From positions 2,432,001 through 2,496,000 of the forward strand of contig CBDFGR010000003.1 in the NCBI GenBank assembly GCA_965247115.1: DNA of 64,000 nt, in the 5' to 3' direction. The position numbers were made by a program, and so were the translations under genes. The stretch is from Myxococcota bacterium. Lineage in GTDB: Bacteria > Myxococcota_A > UBA9160 > SZUA-336. The notes beneath the pieces are model-generated. The model searched no databases, was not told where the DNA came from, and saw nothing but the letters and a program-made list of their open reading frames with translations. This document shows positions 8,858 to 17,853 of this stretch, in pieces. Positions within the stretch are counted from its first letter, which is position 1. Every line of letters starts with the position of its first letter.

Positions 8858-8897
8858 AACGGAATGCGCGACCTGCCGCGGATGGGGAAGGGACTCG

Positions 8898-9890
8898 ATG
8901 AAAGTGCTGGTAGCCGGGGGAGCGGGATACATCGGGAGCCACTGCGTCCGTCAGCTGATCTCTCACGGGCACGAGCCAGTCGTCGTGGACAACCTGGCGT
9001 ACGGCCATCGAGCGACCGTCCCTTCCGGCGTGCCGTACTACGAAGCGAGCCTCGGCGATCGCGAGCGCGTGTCTGCAATCCTGAACGACGAGGCGATCGA
9101 GGCCGTCATGCACTTCGCGGCCTTCTGCTACACGGGCGAGTCGGTTCGGGAGCCACTCTTGTACTACGAGAACAACGTGGTGGAGACGGTGCGACTGCTG
9201 AGCGCCATGCTCGAGCGTGGCGTGCACAGGTTCGTCTTCTCCTCCAGCTGCGCGACGTACGGCGAGCCGGAGACCATGCCGATCACGGAAGATGCGCCAC
9301 AACGTCCCATCAACCCCTACGGGCAGACCAAGCTCGACGTCGAGAACTTGCTGCGCAGTCTGGCGCGCGCGCACGGCCTGGCCTCGGCCTCGTTCCGCTA
9401 CTTCAACGCCGCGGGCGCGGCCGAGGACGGCAGCATCGGGGAGGACCACGATCCCGAAACGCATCTGATTCCCCTTGCAATCGCGGCGGCCTGCAAGAGG
9501 GGCCCCGAGCTCTCCATCTTCGGCAGCGACTACGACACACCGGACGGCACCTGCTTGCGCGACTACACGCACGTCGACGATCTGTGTCGAGCCCACGTCC
9601 GGGTGCTCTCCGAGCTCGACCACGAAGGAAGCTGCCTCTTCTACAACCTGGGCACGGGACGGCCCAGCTCCGTGCGCGAGGTCATCGAGTCGGTCGCGAG
9701 AGTCACGAGCAAGCAGGTCCCCACGCGGGAGGCGGCGCGCCGCCCAGGCGACCCCCCCATCCTGTACGCCGATCCCGCAAAAGCCCAGCGCGAGCTCAGC
9801 TGGCAGCTCCGCTATCCAGAGCTGGACACCATCGTAGAAACCGCATGGCGCTGGCACCGCGATCACCCCGAAGGCTACGCCTCGGGCTGA
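8898..9890 (+). CDS. galE: UDP-glucose 4-epimerase
   Basis: GGAGYIGSH, HFAA, NPYGQTK, FRYFNAAGA, GEDHDPETHLIP and DGTCLRDY motifs. Confidence 0.93.
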   Translation: MKVLVAGGAGYIGSHCVRQLISHGHEPVVVDNLAYGHRATVPSGVPYYEASLGDRERVSAILNDEAIEAVMHFAAFCYTGESVREPLLYYENNVVETVRLLSAMLERGVHRFVFSSSCATYGEPETMPITEDAPQRPINPYGQTKLDVENLLRSLARAHGLASASFRYFNAAGAAEDGSIGEDHDPETHLIPLAIAAACKRGPELSIFGSDYDTPDGTCLRDYTHVDDLCRAHVRVLSELDHEGSCLFYNLGTGRPSSVREVIESVARVTSKQVPTREAARRPGDPPILYADPAKAQRELSWQLRYPELDTIVETAWRWHRDHPEGYASG

Positions 9891-9950
9891 TCCCCACAAA
9901 CCCGACGACCCTCCGCCTGCGCGCGCGGCAACAATGCGTCTCGACTAACC

Positions 9951-9972
9951 CAACTCTCCCCGGGGAGAGTTG
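9951..9972. repeat. 22-bp perfect palindrome upstream of the HNH gene
   Basis: CAACTCTCCCC|GGGGAGAGTTG. Confidence 0.9.
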
Positions 9973-10019
9973 AATGGAAGAACGGCTCTCCGTGCGGAAC
10001 GGTGTCCGGCGCCCAATCG

Positions 10020-10047
10020 TTGACACCGAACTGCGTTATGCTATGTT
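10020..10047 (+). promoter_or_regulatory. Putative sigma70 promoter of the HNH gene
   Basis: TTGACA-16 nt-TATGTT with an extended -10 TG. Confidence 0.6.
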
Positions 10048-10083
10048 TTGGTCTTCATCCCACTCGGTCCCGTCGAGAGGTTG

Positions 10084-11073
10084 ATGACCATGCTCGCGAC
10101 TCTTGCGAACTCGGAGCTACTCCGAGCACTTCGCCAGCTCGTGGCCAAGGACCGGGTCGTCGAGGCGGACATTCTCACTCATCTGGGCGAGGTCGACGCG
10201 CGTCGGCTCTACCTCGCCGAGGGCTGTCCCTCCATGTTCCGCTTCTGTACAGACGTCCTTCACTTCTCGGAGGCTACGGCCTTTCACCGGATCCGCGCAG
10301 CCAGGGTCGGTCGCGCGTATCCGATCGTGCTGGAGCGGGTCCGCCGAGGAGAGATCCACCTGGCTGGAATCACGCTGCTCGCACCTCATCTCACTCCGGA
10401 GAATCAAACGCAGCTGCTGGACTTGGCGAGGCACAAGAGCAAACGGGCGATCGAGGAGCTTTTGGCCGCTCGGGCTCCGAGGCCCGAGGTCAGAGCGCTT
10501 GTGCGGAAACTACCGGAGACGAGGACTCGTCGATTTCCGAACTCGCCGGGTCGACCCGCGCAGGTGGCTTCCGCAGCCCGCACGAAGACCCCCGCGCCAG
10601 AGCCGCTGGGGGAGAGACGGTTCAAGATCCAGTTCACGGCAAGCCAGGCGCTGTACGAGAAGCTCCGCGACGTGCAGGCGCTGCTGCGGCATCAGATTCC
10701 GAACGGAGAGCTTGCGGAGGTCTTCGATCGGGCACTCACTCTGCTGCGGGACGATGCACGGCGAAAGAAGTTCGCGGAGACCTCGAGGCCGCAACGGCAG
10801 TCTGCGATGCCAGTCAAGAAGAGAGGCGCGACGCGACACATTCCGGCTGAGATCAAGAGGGCCGTGGCCTCCAGGGATGGCGGACGGTGCGGTTTCGTGA
10901 GTCGGAATGGGCGCCGCTGCGATTCAGTCGACTTCGTCGAGTACCACCACATCAGCCGTTGGTCGGGGTCCAGGTGTCACTCGGTGGCGGGGATCGAGCT
11001 GCGGTGTCGCCCCCACAACCAGTACGCGGAGCACCAGCGTCAGCCAGCTCTCCCCGGGGAGAGCTGGAGCTAG
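10084..11073 (+). CDS. DUF222-like/HNH endonuclease signature protein
   Basis: N-terminal HLGEVDARRLY..CPSMF.FCT; C-terminal RHIPAEIKRAV..RDGGRC..C..EYHH..CRPHN. Confidence 0.8.
   Translation: MTMLATLANSELLRALRQLVAKDRVVEADILTHLGEVDARRLYLAEGCPSMFRFCTDVLHFSEATAFHRIRAARVGRAYPIVLERVRRGEIHLAGITLLAPHLTPENQTQLLDLARHKSKRAIEELLAARAPRPEVRALVRKLPETRTRRFPNSPGRPAQVASAARTKTPAPEPLGERRFKIQFTASQALYEKLRDVQALLRHQIPNGELAEVFDRALTLLRDDARRKKFAETSRPQRQSAMPVKKRGATRHIPAEIKRAVASRDGGRCGFVSRNGRRCDSVDFVEYHHISRWSGSRCHSVAGIELRCRPHNQYAEHQRQPALPGESWS
11044..11067. repeat. 24-bp perfect palindrome at the 3' end of the HNH gene
   Basis: CCAGCTCTCCCC|GGGGAGAGCTGG. Confidence 0.9.
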
Positions 11074-11906
11074 CGGGAGTCGGAGCCCAGGGCTACTCGG
11101 CGGACGCCTTTGGTGTCGGTGGGTTGGTGGCCGACCTGGTGGGATGGGGCCGGGCGTTCTGCGACGTTGTTGCGGAGGCGGCCCAGGCCGGTGACTTCGA
11201 CGTCGACGGTGTCGCCGAGCTTCATGGGGCGGGAGTTGGCGGGGGTGCCGGTGAGGATGATGTCGCCTGGGAGGAGGGTGATGTGGCGGCAGAGGTCAGC
11301 CAGCTGGTAGTCGATGCCGAAGACCATCTCCGAGACCGGGGCCTCCTGGACGATCTCGCCGTTGATGTAGGTGCGGACGGTCGAGGCGCGCACGTCGACC
11401 CCGCGCACGATGCCGGGACCGATGGGGCAGAAGCCGTCCATGCCCTTTACGCGGAGCATGGAGCCGGCGTCGGTGTCACGGTAGTCGTGACAGCCCACAT
11501 CGTTCGCAGGGGCGAAGCCGGCCAGGTAGGACCAGGTGTCCTCGCGGGCGACGTTGCGCATGGGCTTGCCAACGATGGCGGCGATCTCGCCCTCGTAGTT
11601 CAGGTACTGGCAGTCCACCGGACGGAACAGCGTTCCGCGATGCGCGTTCAGCGCGCTGAGCGGCTTCTGGAAGTACGTCGGGGTGAGGAGCTCGGGCGCA
11701 CGGAACTCGACCCGCCGCGACTCGTAGTTCAGGTGGATGCAGAGGATCTTCGTCGGCTGGCAGGGTGGAAGGTAGATGGCCTCCGACTCCTCGACCTCGC
11801 GCCCATCTGCGAGCACCAGCCGGTCTGCGTCGACGCTCACCCACTCCTCGCTCCCACCGTAGAGAATACGGCGCTGCTCCTCGCGTGGTCCTTCCAGTAC
11901 GTTCAC
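11070..11906 (-). CDS. Fumarylacetoacetate hydrolase family protein (HpaG-like)
   Basis: PTKILCIHLNY, NYEGEIA, ANDV, KGMDGFCPIGP and LLPGDIILTGTP motifs. Confidence 0.9.
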   Translation of the reverse strand: MNVLEGPREEQRRILYGGSEEWVSVDADRLVLADGREVEESEAIYLPPCQPTKILCIHLNYESRRVEFRAPELLTPTYFQKPLSALNAHRGTLFRPVDCQYLNYEGEIAAIVGKPMRNVAREDTWSYLAGFAPANDVGCHDYRDTDAGSMLRVKGMDGFCPIGPGIVRGVDVRASTVRTYINGEIVQEAPVSEMVFGIDYQLADLCRHITLLPGDIILTGTPANSRPMKLGDTVDVEVTGLGRLRNNVAERPAPSHQVGHQPTDTKGVRRVALGSDSR

Positions 11907-11942
11907 GATGTCCTCCTGGCTCGCCAGCTCGTCTCGCCCAGC

Positions 11943-13385
11943 TCAGCTCACCTTCTCGTTCAAGAACCGGTCCACGAGCCTCTGCGCGCGCTCCTTGCGC
12001 GAGATCACGTGCGCGAGCGAGAGGTTCCTGCCCCGGGACGCCAGGTAGAAGCGCTCGTACTGCTCGTTGCGACTCCCCAGTGCGGACGCTGCAAAGTCCC
12101 AGCCCAGGCGAAACACGCGGATGCGTTCCTCGGCATCCACGTCGCCCGCCCCCGACAGGTACGTATCGATCAACGGCCGCAGCTCGGGGTCGGCGAGCTG
12201 GCTCGTGGTCGGCGTTGCGAGCAGGTTGTGCGAGCCGAGCAGCCGGATGATCTCGTTCACCCGAGGGAACCACATGGGAAGCGTCGTGCGCAGCGCGGCC
12301 GTGGGCGCACCGGCCGGGAACCAGACCCCGTTTCCCCACTCGTGCGCCTCCGCCTCGGCGGCCAGCACCGCTGCACGCGTCAGCTCGGCGTAGCTCCAGA
12401 TCTCACCCAGCATCTCGATCGTGGCGGGTTTGCTGTCGCCGATCACCTGGGCCATGCGCGTAGCCAGCCCCCAGGCGAACTCGAGCTTGGTCTGAGCGCG
12501 GATCATGGTCTGCTGCGTGACGTTCGGATACCAGCCCGTGCTCATCACGGAGTTGTAGAGCTCCAGCCGACCGTCGATGAAGACCCGCTCGCGCGGAACC
12601 TCGACGTTGTCGAAGATCACGAACGCGTCCTGCTCGTCGAAGCGGCTCGACAGCGGAGCGTCGAACACGTTCCCTGGTCGCGAGTAGCTCTCCCGACACA
12701 GGAGCTTTAGCCCGGGAGTTGCGATCGGGATCGAGAACGAGAGCGCATACGCCTCCGCGTTCTCGGGCAGCGGCACGGCCGGGTAGACCGCGATCTCGTC
12801 CGCGAACGGTGCCAGCGTCGCGAGGATCCGCGCGCCGCGGACCACGATGCCGCGCTCCGTCTCCCCCACCTTGTGCAGCGCGACCTCACCGCCGCCTGCC
12901 TCGGTGTCCGGCAGACTCTTGTCGATCGTGGGGTGGATGATCGTGTGCGTGAGCGACAGGTCCTTGCGCCTGAGCTCCTTCTGAAACTCGACCAGGTGGG
13001 CGGCGCCCTCCTCGTTGCCAAACGCGCCCCACTCGTCGTTGCGCCCCGCGAAGCCGGCATACGTCACGTTCATGTAGTCCGGCGTCCGGCCCATCAGACC
13101 CACGCTGTACTCCGCGGTCCGCTCCAGGGCGGCGTGGCGGCGCACCAGGTCCTCGCGCGAGCGCGGGATCATGTGACTCACGTTGATCTTCTCGCCCGTT
13201 TCGGGATCGGGCAGCAGGAGCACCTCTGCCTCCTCGTGCTGCAGATCGAAGAGCCCCGCCAGCGCGTTCGCCGCCCCAGCCAGCGAGGGGTGCGCGGTTA
13301 CGTCGGTGACGCGCTCGTTCTCCAGCCAGACTTCCCGAGAGTCCAGCAATCCCTTCAGAAATTCGTCACCAGTGCGTGCCGGCAT
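11943..13385 (-). CDS. hpaB: 4-hydroxyphenylacetate 3-monooxygenase oxygenase component-like
   Basis: RTGDEFLKGL, GLMGRTPDY, GIVVRGARILAT, PLSSRFDEQDA and YERFY motifs. Confidence 0.85.
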   Translation of the reverse strand: MPARTGDEFLKGLLDSREVWLENERVTDVTAHPSLAGAANALAGLFDLQHEEAEVLLLPDPETGEKINVSHMIPRSREDLVRRHAALERTAEYSVGLMGRTPDYMNVTYAGFAGRNDEWGAFGNEEGAAHLVEFQKELRRKDLSLTHTIIHPTIDKSLPDTEAGGGEVALHKVGETERGIVVRGARILATLAPFADEIAVYPAVPLPENAEAYALSFSIPIATPGLKLLCRESYSRPGNVFDAPLSSRFDEQDAFVIFDNVEVPRERVFIDGRLELYNSVMSTGWYPNVTQQTMIRAQTKLEFAWGLATRMAQVIGDSKPATIEMLGEIWSYAELTRAAVLAAEAEAHEWGNGVWFPAGAPTAALRTTLPMWFPRVNEIIRLLGSHNLLATPTTSQLADPELRPLIDTYLSGAGDVDAEERIRVFRLGWDFAASALGSRNEQYERFYLASRGRNLSLAHVISRKERAQRLVDRFLNEKVS

Positions 13386-13399
13386 GCACTCCCTCGGGT

Positions 13400-13501
13400 T
13401 CAGGGATCCAGTCGGTAGAGTCGGAAGAGGTCATTGCGCTCCCGCGCGACGTCTTCGCGCTCCCGCGCGACGTTCTCGCCATCCAGCTCGGGGCTACTCA
13501 T
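13400..13501 (-). CDS. Putative 33-aa upstream ORF (MSSPELDGENVAREREDVARERNDLFRLYRLDP)
   Basis: ATG 13501 to TGA 13400; TAGAAT at 13525-13530; GC3-biased codons; ends just before the hpaB RBS. Confidence 0.4.
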   Translation of the reverse strand: MSSPELDGENVAREREDVARERNDLFRLYRLDP

Positions 13502-13657
13502 GCGATCTTCGCTGCCACCAGCCCATTCTACCGTAGCTCTGACGACTCCTGAGGCTCCAGCCCCTTGGGGGCTGACCGATACGCTCGATGAGGCTCGTGA
13601 GGGACCTCAGCCAGGGGCCGATGTCCGGCCCGGGACGCAGCTAACTCGAGGGTTCGC

Positions 13658-14137
13658 ATGCCAACGAAGGAATGTCCGCACTGCGGCGCCATCCTCTCGC
13701 ATGACGAGATCATCTGCAGCTGCGGCTTCAACTTTCCTCTTGCTGGCAGCGCGGGACGCGGCGCGAAGGCGGCGCGCGACGTGGCCGCGCGGATTACCGG
13801 CACTCGACACGCGCCCCGGGGAAAGAAGTCCAAGAAGCCCCCGCGCAAGGTCAGCGCAAAGGTCATCGAGCCCGGCACTCCACCCCGGGGCACGCCACAC
13901 CCAGTTACGCCACCGCGCGGCACGTCACTTCCAGGCATACGATCGCGCGGTTCGTCACAGCCGGGCGGTAAGCTCATCGATTGTCCCACCTGTCTGGCGA
14001 AGATCTCCAAGCGCGCCGAGCGCTGCCCCAAGTGTGGCAAGACGCCCTTCGACGAGTGTCAGATATGCGGCTCGAAGATCCGCATCCACAGCTCGGTGTG
14101 TCCTGGCTGCGGCGACCCCGATCCGTTCAACCCCTGA
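13658..14137 (+). CDS. Double zinc ribbon protein
   Basis: CPHC..CSC at the N-terminus; CPTC, CPKC, CQIC and CPGC at the C-terminus; basic/Pro-rich linker. Confidence 0.7.
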   Translation: MPTKECPHCGAILSHDEIICSCGFNFPLAGSAGRGAKAARDVAARITGTRHAPRGKKSKKPPRKVSAKVIEPGTPPRGTPHPVTPPRGTSLPGIRSRGSSQPGGKLIDCPTCLAKISKRAERCPKCGKTPFDECQICGSKIRIHSSVCPGCGDPDPFNP

Positions 14138-14208
14138 GCGACGGGCTACACCGACGACGTCTGGCGGCGTAGAATCGACCGCGCAATGACGCGCTCGAAA
14201 GGGGTGAC

Positions 14209-15618
14209 GTGGTCGGGTTTCGGCGTGCCAGTCTGATCGCGCTCGTGGGGCTCTGGCTCGGCGACACTGCCTCTGGCCAGTCGCTCGACCTGGAGGCGCT
14301 CCAGAGCCAGGGCGTGGATCATCTTCAGAGCTACCTGCAGATCGACACCACGAACCCGCCGGGGAACGAGAGTCTCGCGGTCGAGTTCTTCGGGGCGATT
14401 CTGGCCGCCGAGGGAATACCCTTCGAGCAGGCCGAATCGGCTCCGGGACGCGGGAACATCTGGGCGCGACTCGAGGGCGGCTCCGAGCCCGCGCTGGTGC
14501 TGCTGCACCATACCGACGTCGTGTCGGCGGACCCGAGATTCTGGGACGTCCCCCCCTTCGAGGGCCGGATCGAGAACGGCTGGATTCACGGCCGTGGCGC
14601 GATCGACGACAAGACGCTCGGCATCCTCCACCTGGAGACCTTCGTGGCGCTGCACCGGCTGGGTCTGCCGTTGAAGCGCGACGTGATCTTCATGGCGACC
14701 GCAGACGAAGAGGCCGGCGGGCTGTACGGCGCCGGCTGGCTCGTCCGTGAGAAGCCGGAGCTCTTCGAAGGCGTGGGGCTGCTGCTCAACGAGGGAGGGG
14801 GCGGCTCGGAGCAGGGCGGTCGCAGGATCTGCAGTATCGAAGTCACCCAGAAGGTCCCCATGTGGGTGCGGCTGGTCTCGCGGGGCGAACCCGGTCACGG
14901 CTCTGCACCCCGCGCCGAGACCGCTGTCACGCGGCTGATCCGCGCGCTCGCGAACGTGCACGCGCAGCCCTTCGAGCAGCGCATCGTCCCGGCCGTCGCT
15001 GCCTACTTCCAGGGTCTCTCCGAGCTGCAGAGCGGTCTGCGCCGCGAGCAGTTCGCGGACCTGTCGAGCGCGGTCCTGGATCCCGAAGTGACCGAGTGGT
15101 TGCAGGTCGAGGTCCCCGCCCTGCACGCGCTCACGCGCAACACCTGCTCCATCACCCGGCTCGACGCGAGCGACAAGATCAACGTCGTCCCTCCGGAGGC
15201 CTCGGCGGAGCTCGACTGCCGCTTGCTCCCGGATCAGGATCCGGCGGACTTCCTCGGACTCCTGAGTACAGTGATCGACGACCCGGCGATCGAGATCGAG
15301 CAGATCCTGAGCTTTACCCCTGCGGTGTCCACGACGGACACCGAGCTCTACCGCGCGATCGGCGAAGTCTGCAGGCGCAACTTCGGCGATGCGCTCGTCC
15401 TTCCCGCCGTCGCAGCGGGCTTTACCGACAGCCACTTCTTCCGGGACCTCGGCATCACGAGCTACGGCTTCGCCCCGCTCCTGGTGCCCGGCGAGGATCG
15501 GGCCGGCGTGCACGGGAACAACGAGCGCATCTCGGTCGAGAACGTCAAGCGCGGCGTGCGCATGAACCTGGAGATCGTGAGCCAGGTCGTGCACGAGACG
15601 CCGGCCTCGTTCGACTAG
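14209..15618 (+). CDS. M20/M25/M40 family metallo-hydrolase (exported)
   Basis: TTNPPGNE, LLHHTDVV, HGRGAIDDK, ADEEAGG, GHGS, FTDSHF and HGNNE motifs. Confidence 0.92.
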   Translation: MVGFRRASLIALVGLWLGDTASGQSLDLEALQSQGVDHLQSYLQIDTTNPPGNESLAVEFFGAILAAEGIPFEQAESAPGRGNIWARLEGGSEPALVLLHHTDVVSADPRFWDVPPFEGRIENGWIHGRGAIDDKTLGILHLETFVALHRLGLPLKRDVIFMATADEEAGGLYGAGWLVREKPELFEGVGLLLNEGGGGSEQGGRRICSIEVTQKVPMWVRLVSRGEPGHGSAPRAETAVTRLIRALANVHAQPFEQRIVPAVAAYFQGLSELQSGLRREQFADLSSAVLDPEVTEWLQVEVPALHALTRNTCSITRLDASDKINVVPPEASAELDCRLLPDQDPADFLGLLSTVIDDPAIEIEQILSFTPAVSTTDTELYRAIGEVCRRNFGDALVLPAVAAGFTDSHFFRDLGITSYGFAPLLVPGEDRAGVHGNNERISVENVKRGVRMNLEIVSQVVHETPASFD

Positions 15619-15696
15619 CAGTCCACCGAGAGTTCTGATCCCTCAACTGCATCGGGACCCAACGTTCCAGAGCGAAGACTGCCGAAATCATCCAGG

Positions 15697-15965
15697 CTAC
15701 TCGCTCCACTTTTTCCTGAGCCGTTCAGGGAGGTCCTCTCCGGCGTACGGAATGGTCAAGACGGATAAGGTCGTCTCGTTGTGCTGGAAGAAGATGAGGT
15801 ACGGGTAGTCTCCGATCGGGAACCACTGTACCGACGCAAAATCAGGCGGTCTGCGGTCGCCGGCCCGAAGTTATCGCGAGCTTGCCGAGCCGCTTCGCGG
15901 AGGTCTCTTTCGGCTTCTTGCTCAAGCTGAATGTGTAATGGCACAGACCCCCGGGGAGTATCCAA
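15697..15965 (-). pseudogene. ParE/RelE-family toxin, internally deleted and frameshifted
   Basis: Frame A: LEQEAERDLREAA...ADRL; frame B from ~15847: PDFASVQWFPIGDYPYLIFFQHNETTLSVLTIPYAGEDL..*. Confidence 0.7.
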
Positions 15966-16235
15966 TCAGCCTTCATCAAGTACGGCCGCCCGGAATTTTT
16001 CCCAGAATTCCGGGGTCGCGTCCTCATAGCTCCCGCGTTTCATCGCCCGAACGAGCTTCGCTTCAAGCGCCTCCTGAGCAGCGTGCTCGACGTCAGCACG
16101 CATGAGCGCTCGAACGTACTCAGCCTTCGAGTTGAAGCCCTTCGCGGCCATCCGCTCCTGGACAGCGCGGTGGAGTTCACCGGGAACTGGGGTGCTGTAC
16201 GGGATCGTCTTGGTGTCCTTTTCGAGCTTAGACAT
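15966..16235 (-). CDS. ParD-like ribbon-helix-helix antitoxin
   Basis: VQERMAAKGFNSKAEYVRALMR..LEAKL...TPEFWE pattern. Confidence 0.8.
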   Translation of the reverse strand: MSKLEKDTKTIPYSTPVPGELHRAVQERMAAKGFNSKAEYVRALMRADVEHAAQEALEAKLVRAMKRGSYEDATPEFWEKFRAAVLDEG

Positions 16236-16255
16236 AAGTCTCACCCTAGCGCCTC

Positions 16256-16280
16256 TAACATCTATTGCGAATAGATGTTA
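16256..16280. promoter_or_regulatory. Palindromic operator upstream of the antitoxin
   Basis: TAACATCTATT-gcg-AATAGATGTTA (11-bp perfect arms). Confidence 0.65.
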
Positions 16281-16451
16281 TCGCCCAAGTCGCAGGAGTT
16301 GAGCGAGTGCGCAGATCTTGGCCTAAGTGAGCGACTCTTGGTCGCTTCTTCGAGGTTCTCCACGAGCTGAAGTCGAGTGGAGGAGGTTGGCCATGGCCAG
16401 TTCTAGGCCTACGCCTGGCCCGAGTGACCGGGCCTGGCGCTCAGAACTCTG

Positions 16452-17063
16452 TCAGCTCCGCGCCTTCTGGATGTAGTGGCGCACGCACTCGAACAGGTCG
16501 TTGCCCCAGAACATCTCGTCCCCGACGAACAACGTGGGAGCTCCGAACACTCCGCGCTCGACCGCGGCGCGTGAATCTGCGTCCAGGCGCTCCTTCAGCT
16601 CGTCGGACTGCGCCCGTGCGAGCGCCTTGTCTGCATCCAGCCCGGCTCCCGCGAGAAGACCGCGCACGACCTCCGGGTCGGCGATGTCGACCGGGTCGGC
16701 CCAGCGGGCCCGGAACGCGGGGTAGTGGAACTCGCGGAAGCGCCCCTCGTCCTTCGCGACCAGCGCCGCGCACGTCATCAGACGCGGATCCGGGCGATTG
16801 TCGCGGGCTTTCGGAGAGAGCTCCGCGCCGCATACCTCTGCCCAGTGACGCAGCGTGGCCTGAGCGTTCGCCTTCTTGCGAGGTCCTAGGCCCGGCGGCT
16901 TCACGCCTTCGGGCAGCGGGTTGGGCGGTCGCTCCACGATGATCGAGAGCAGGGCGGGCCGGAAATCGAGCTCGACCTCGAGGTCTGCGAAGTAGGACTC
17001 CGCTCGGCAACTGCCGAGGTAGGCCCAGGGTCAGGCGTAATCGAAGTAGAAGGGAATCTGCAT
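16452..17063 (-). CDS. DsbA/2-hydroxychromene-2-carboxylate isomerase family protein with in-frame UGA (probable selenocysteine)
   Basis: AGGAGA RBS and ATG 17063: MQIPFYFDYA-U-PWAYLG...; continues in frame to ERGVFGAPTLFVGDEMFWGND. Confidence 0.85.
17003..17018 (-). promoter_or_regulatory. Putative bacterial SECIS hairpin
   Basis: CUCGGC-AGUU-GCCGAG beginning 12 nt after the UGA (17031-17033), with G in the apical loop. Confidence 0.7.
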
Positions 17064-17099
17064 CGATGGTTCTCCTGGCTTGGTGGCGGAAAGTCTAGC

Positions 17100-17843
17100 C
17101 TACGAGCCGACTCGTTTCGCTCCAACGGCAGCGGGCTGCTTGGGATCCATGATCCAGCGCACGGGTCGGAGCTCCACGCTGCCGCGCATGTAGGTGGCGG
17201 GGAGCGGGTTCGTGAGCTTGATCCGGTCGTCGCCGAAGGCTGCAGCGTCGAACACGTTCACGCGCGGGGTGCCGCGCTCCGCTTCCTTTGGCGTGTAGTG
17301 TGGCTCAGCTTGGACCAGTCGGAGCTCGGAGTCGACCTGTGCCAGGTGAAAGCTCACCTGGTACACGATCGCGTCGGACGTGGTCGGCTCCGAGTGCTCC
17401 ATGGCCGCGGCCAGCACCGTCCTGCCGTCGCTGCGCACGGTAGCGAGCGTGGCGTAGTGCCTGCGCTCGATCCGGACCTCGCCCAGCTTCCCCGGCCAGC
17501 CGTAGCTGTCGCGCAGCAGCTCCACCGCCTCGGGCGTGCTCGCGAAGCCACCCAGGACGAAGCCGCCCTGATGAACGCCGGCCCGACCCATGACGCGGAG
17601 CTCCGCCATACCGAATGGTCCGACCGGGCTCGTGTCGTGCGCGCGCAGCATGATGGCGCCATACACCGGGATGGTGGGGTGCAGGGCCGGCGGTAGCAGC
17701 TCCTGGTAGCGGGTGTCGTCGAACTCGTACGTCAGGTTCAGGACCTCCGCGTCCTCCGACTCCCAGCCCTCGCTGGCGAGCGCCGTCACGACGGGAAGCT
17801 CACTCCGCTCCGCGTCCACGTCGCGTGTTCCGAACAGTGGCAT
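17100..17843 (-). CDS. Acetoacetate decarboxylase family protein
   Basis: LLPPALHP, SPVGPF..AEL, YGWPGKLG (Schiff-base Lys region). Confidence 0.75.
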   Translation of the reverse strand: MPLFGTRDVDAERSELPVVTALASEGWESEDAEVLNLTYEFDDTRYQELLPPALHPTIPVYGAIMLRAHDTSPVGPFGMAELRVMGRAGVHQGGFVLGGFASTPEAVELLRDSYGWPGKLGEVRIERRHYATLATVRSDGRTVLAAAMEHSEPTTSDAIVYQVSFHLAQVDSELRLVQAEPHYTPKEAERGTPRVNVFDAAAFGDDRIKLTNPLPATYMRGSVELRPVRWIMDPKQPAAVGAKRVGS

Positions 17844-17853
17844 CGATTCGCTC

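Noticed and set aside
6476..9973. 1165-aa plus-strand ORF and similar long ORFs (260-1825, 948-2720, 3268-5121, 7611-9899, 10887-12710, 14146-15594, 35503-36627)
   Set aside because: Antisense or alternative-frame shadows of well-supported genes in GC-rich DNA, with no motifs.
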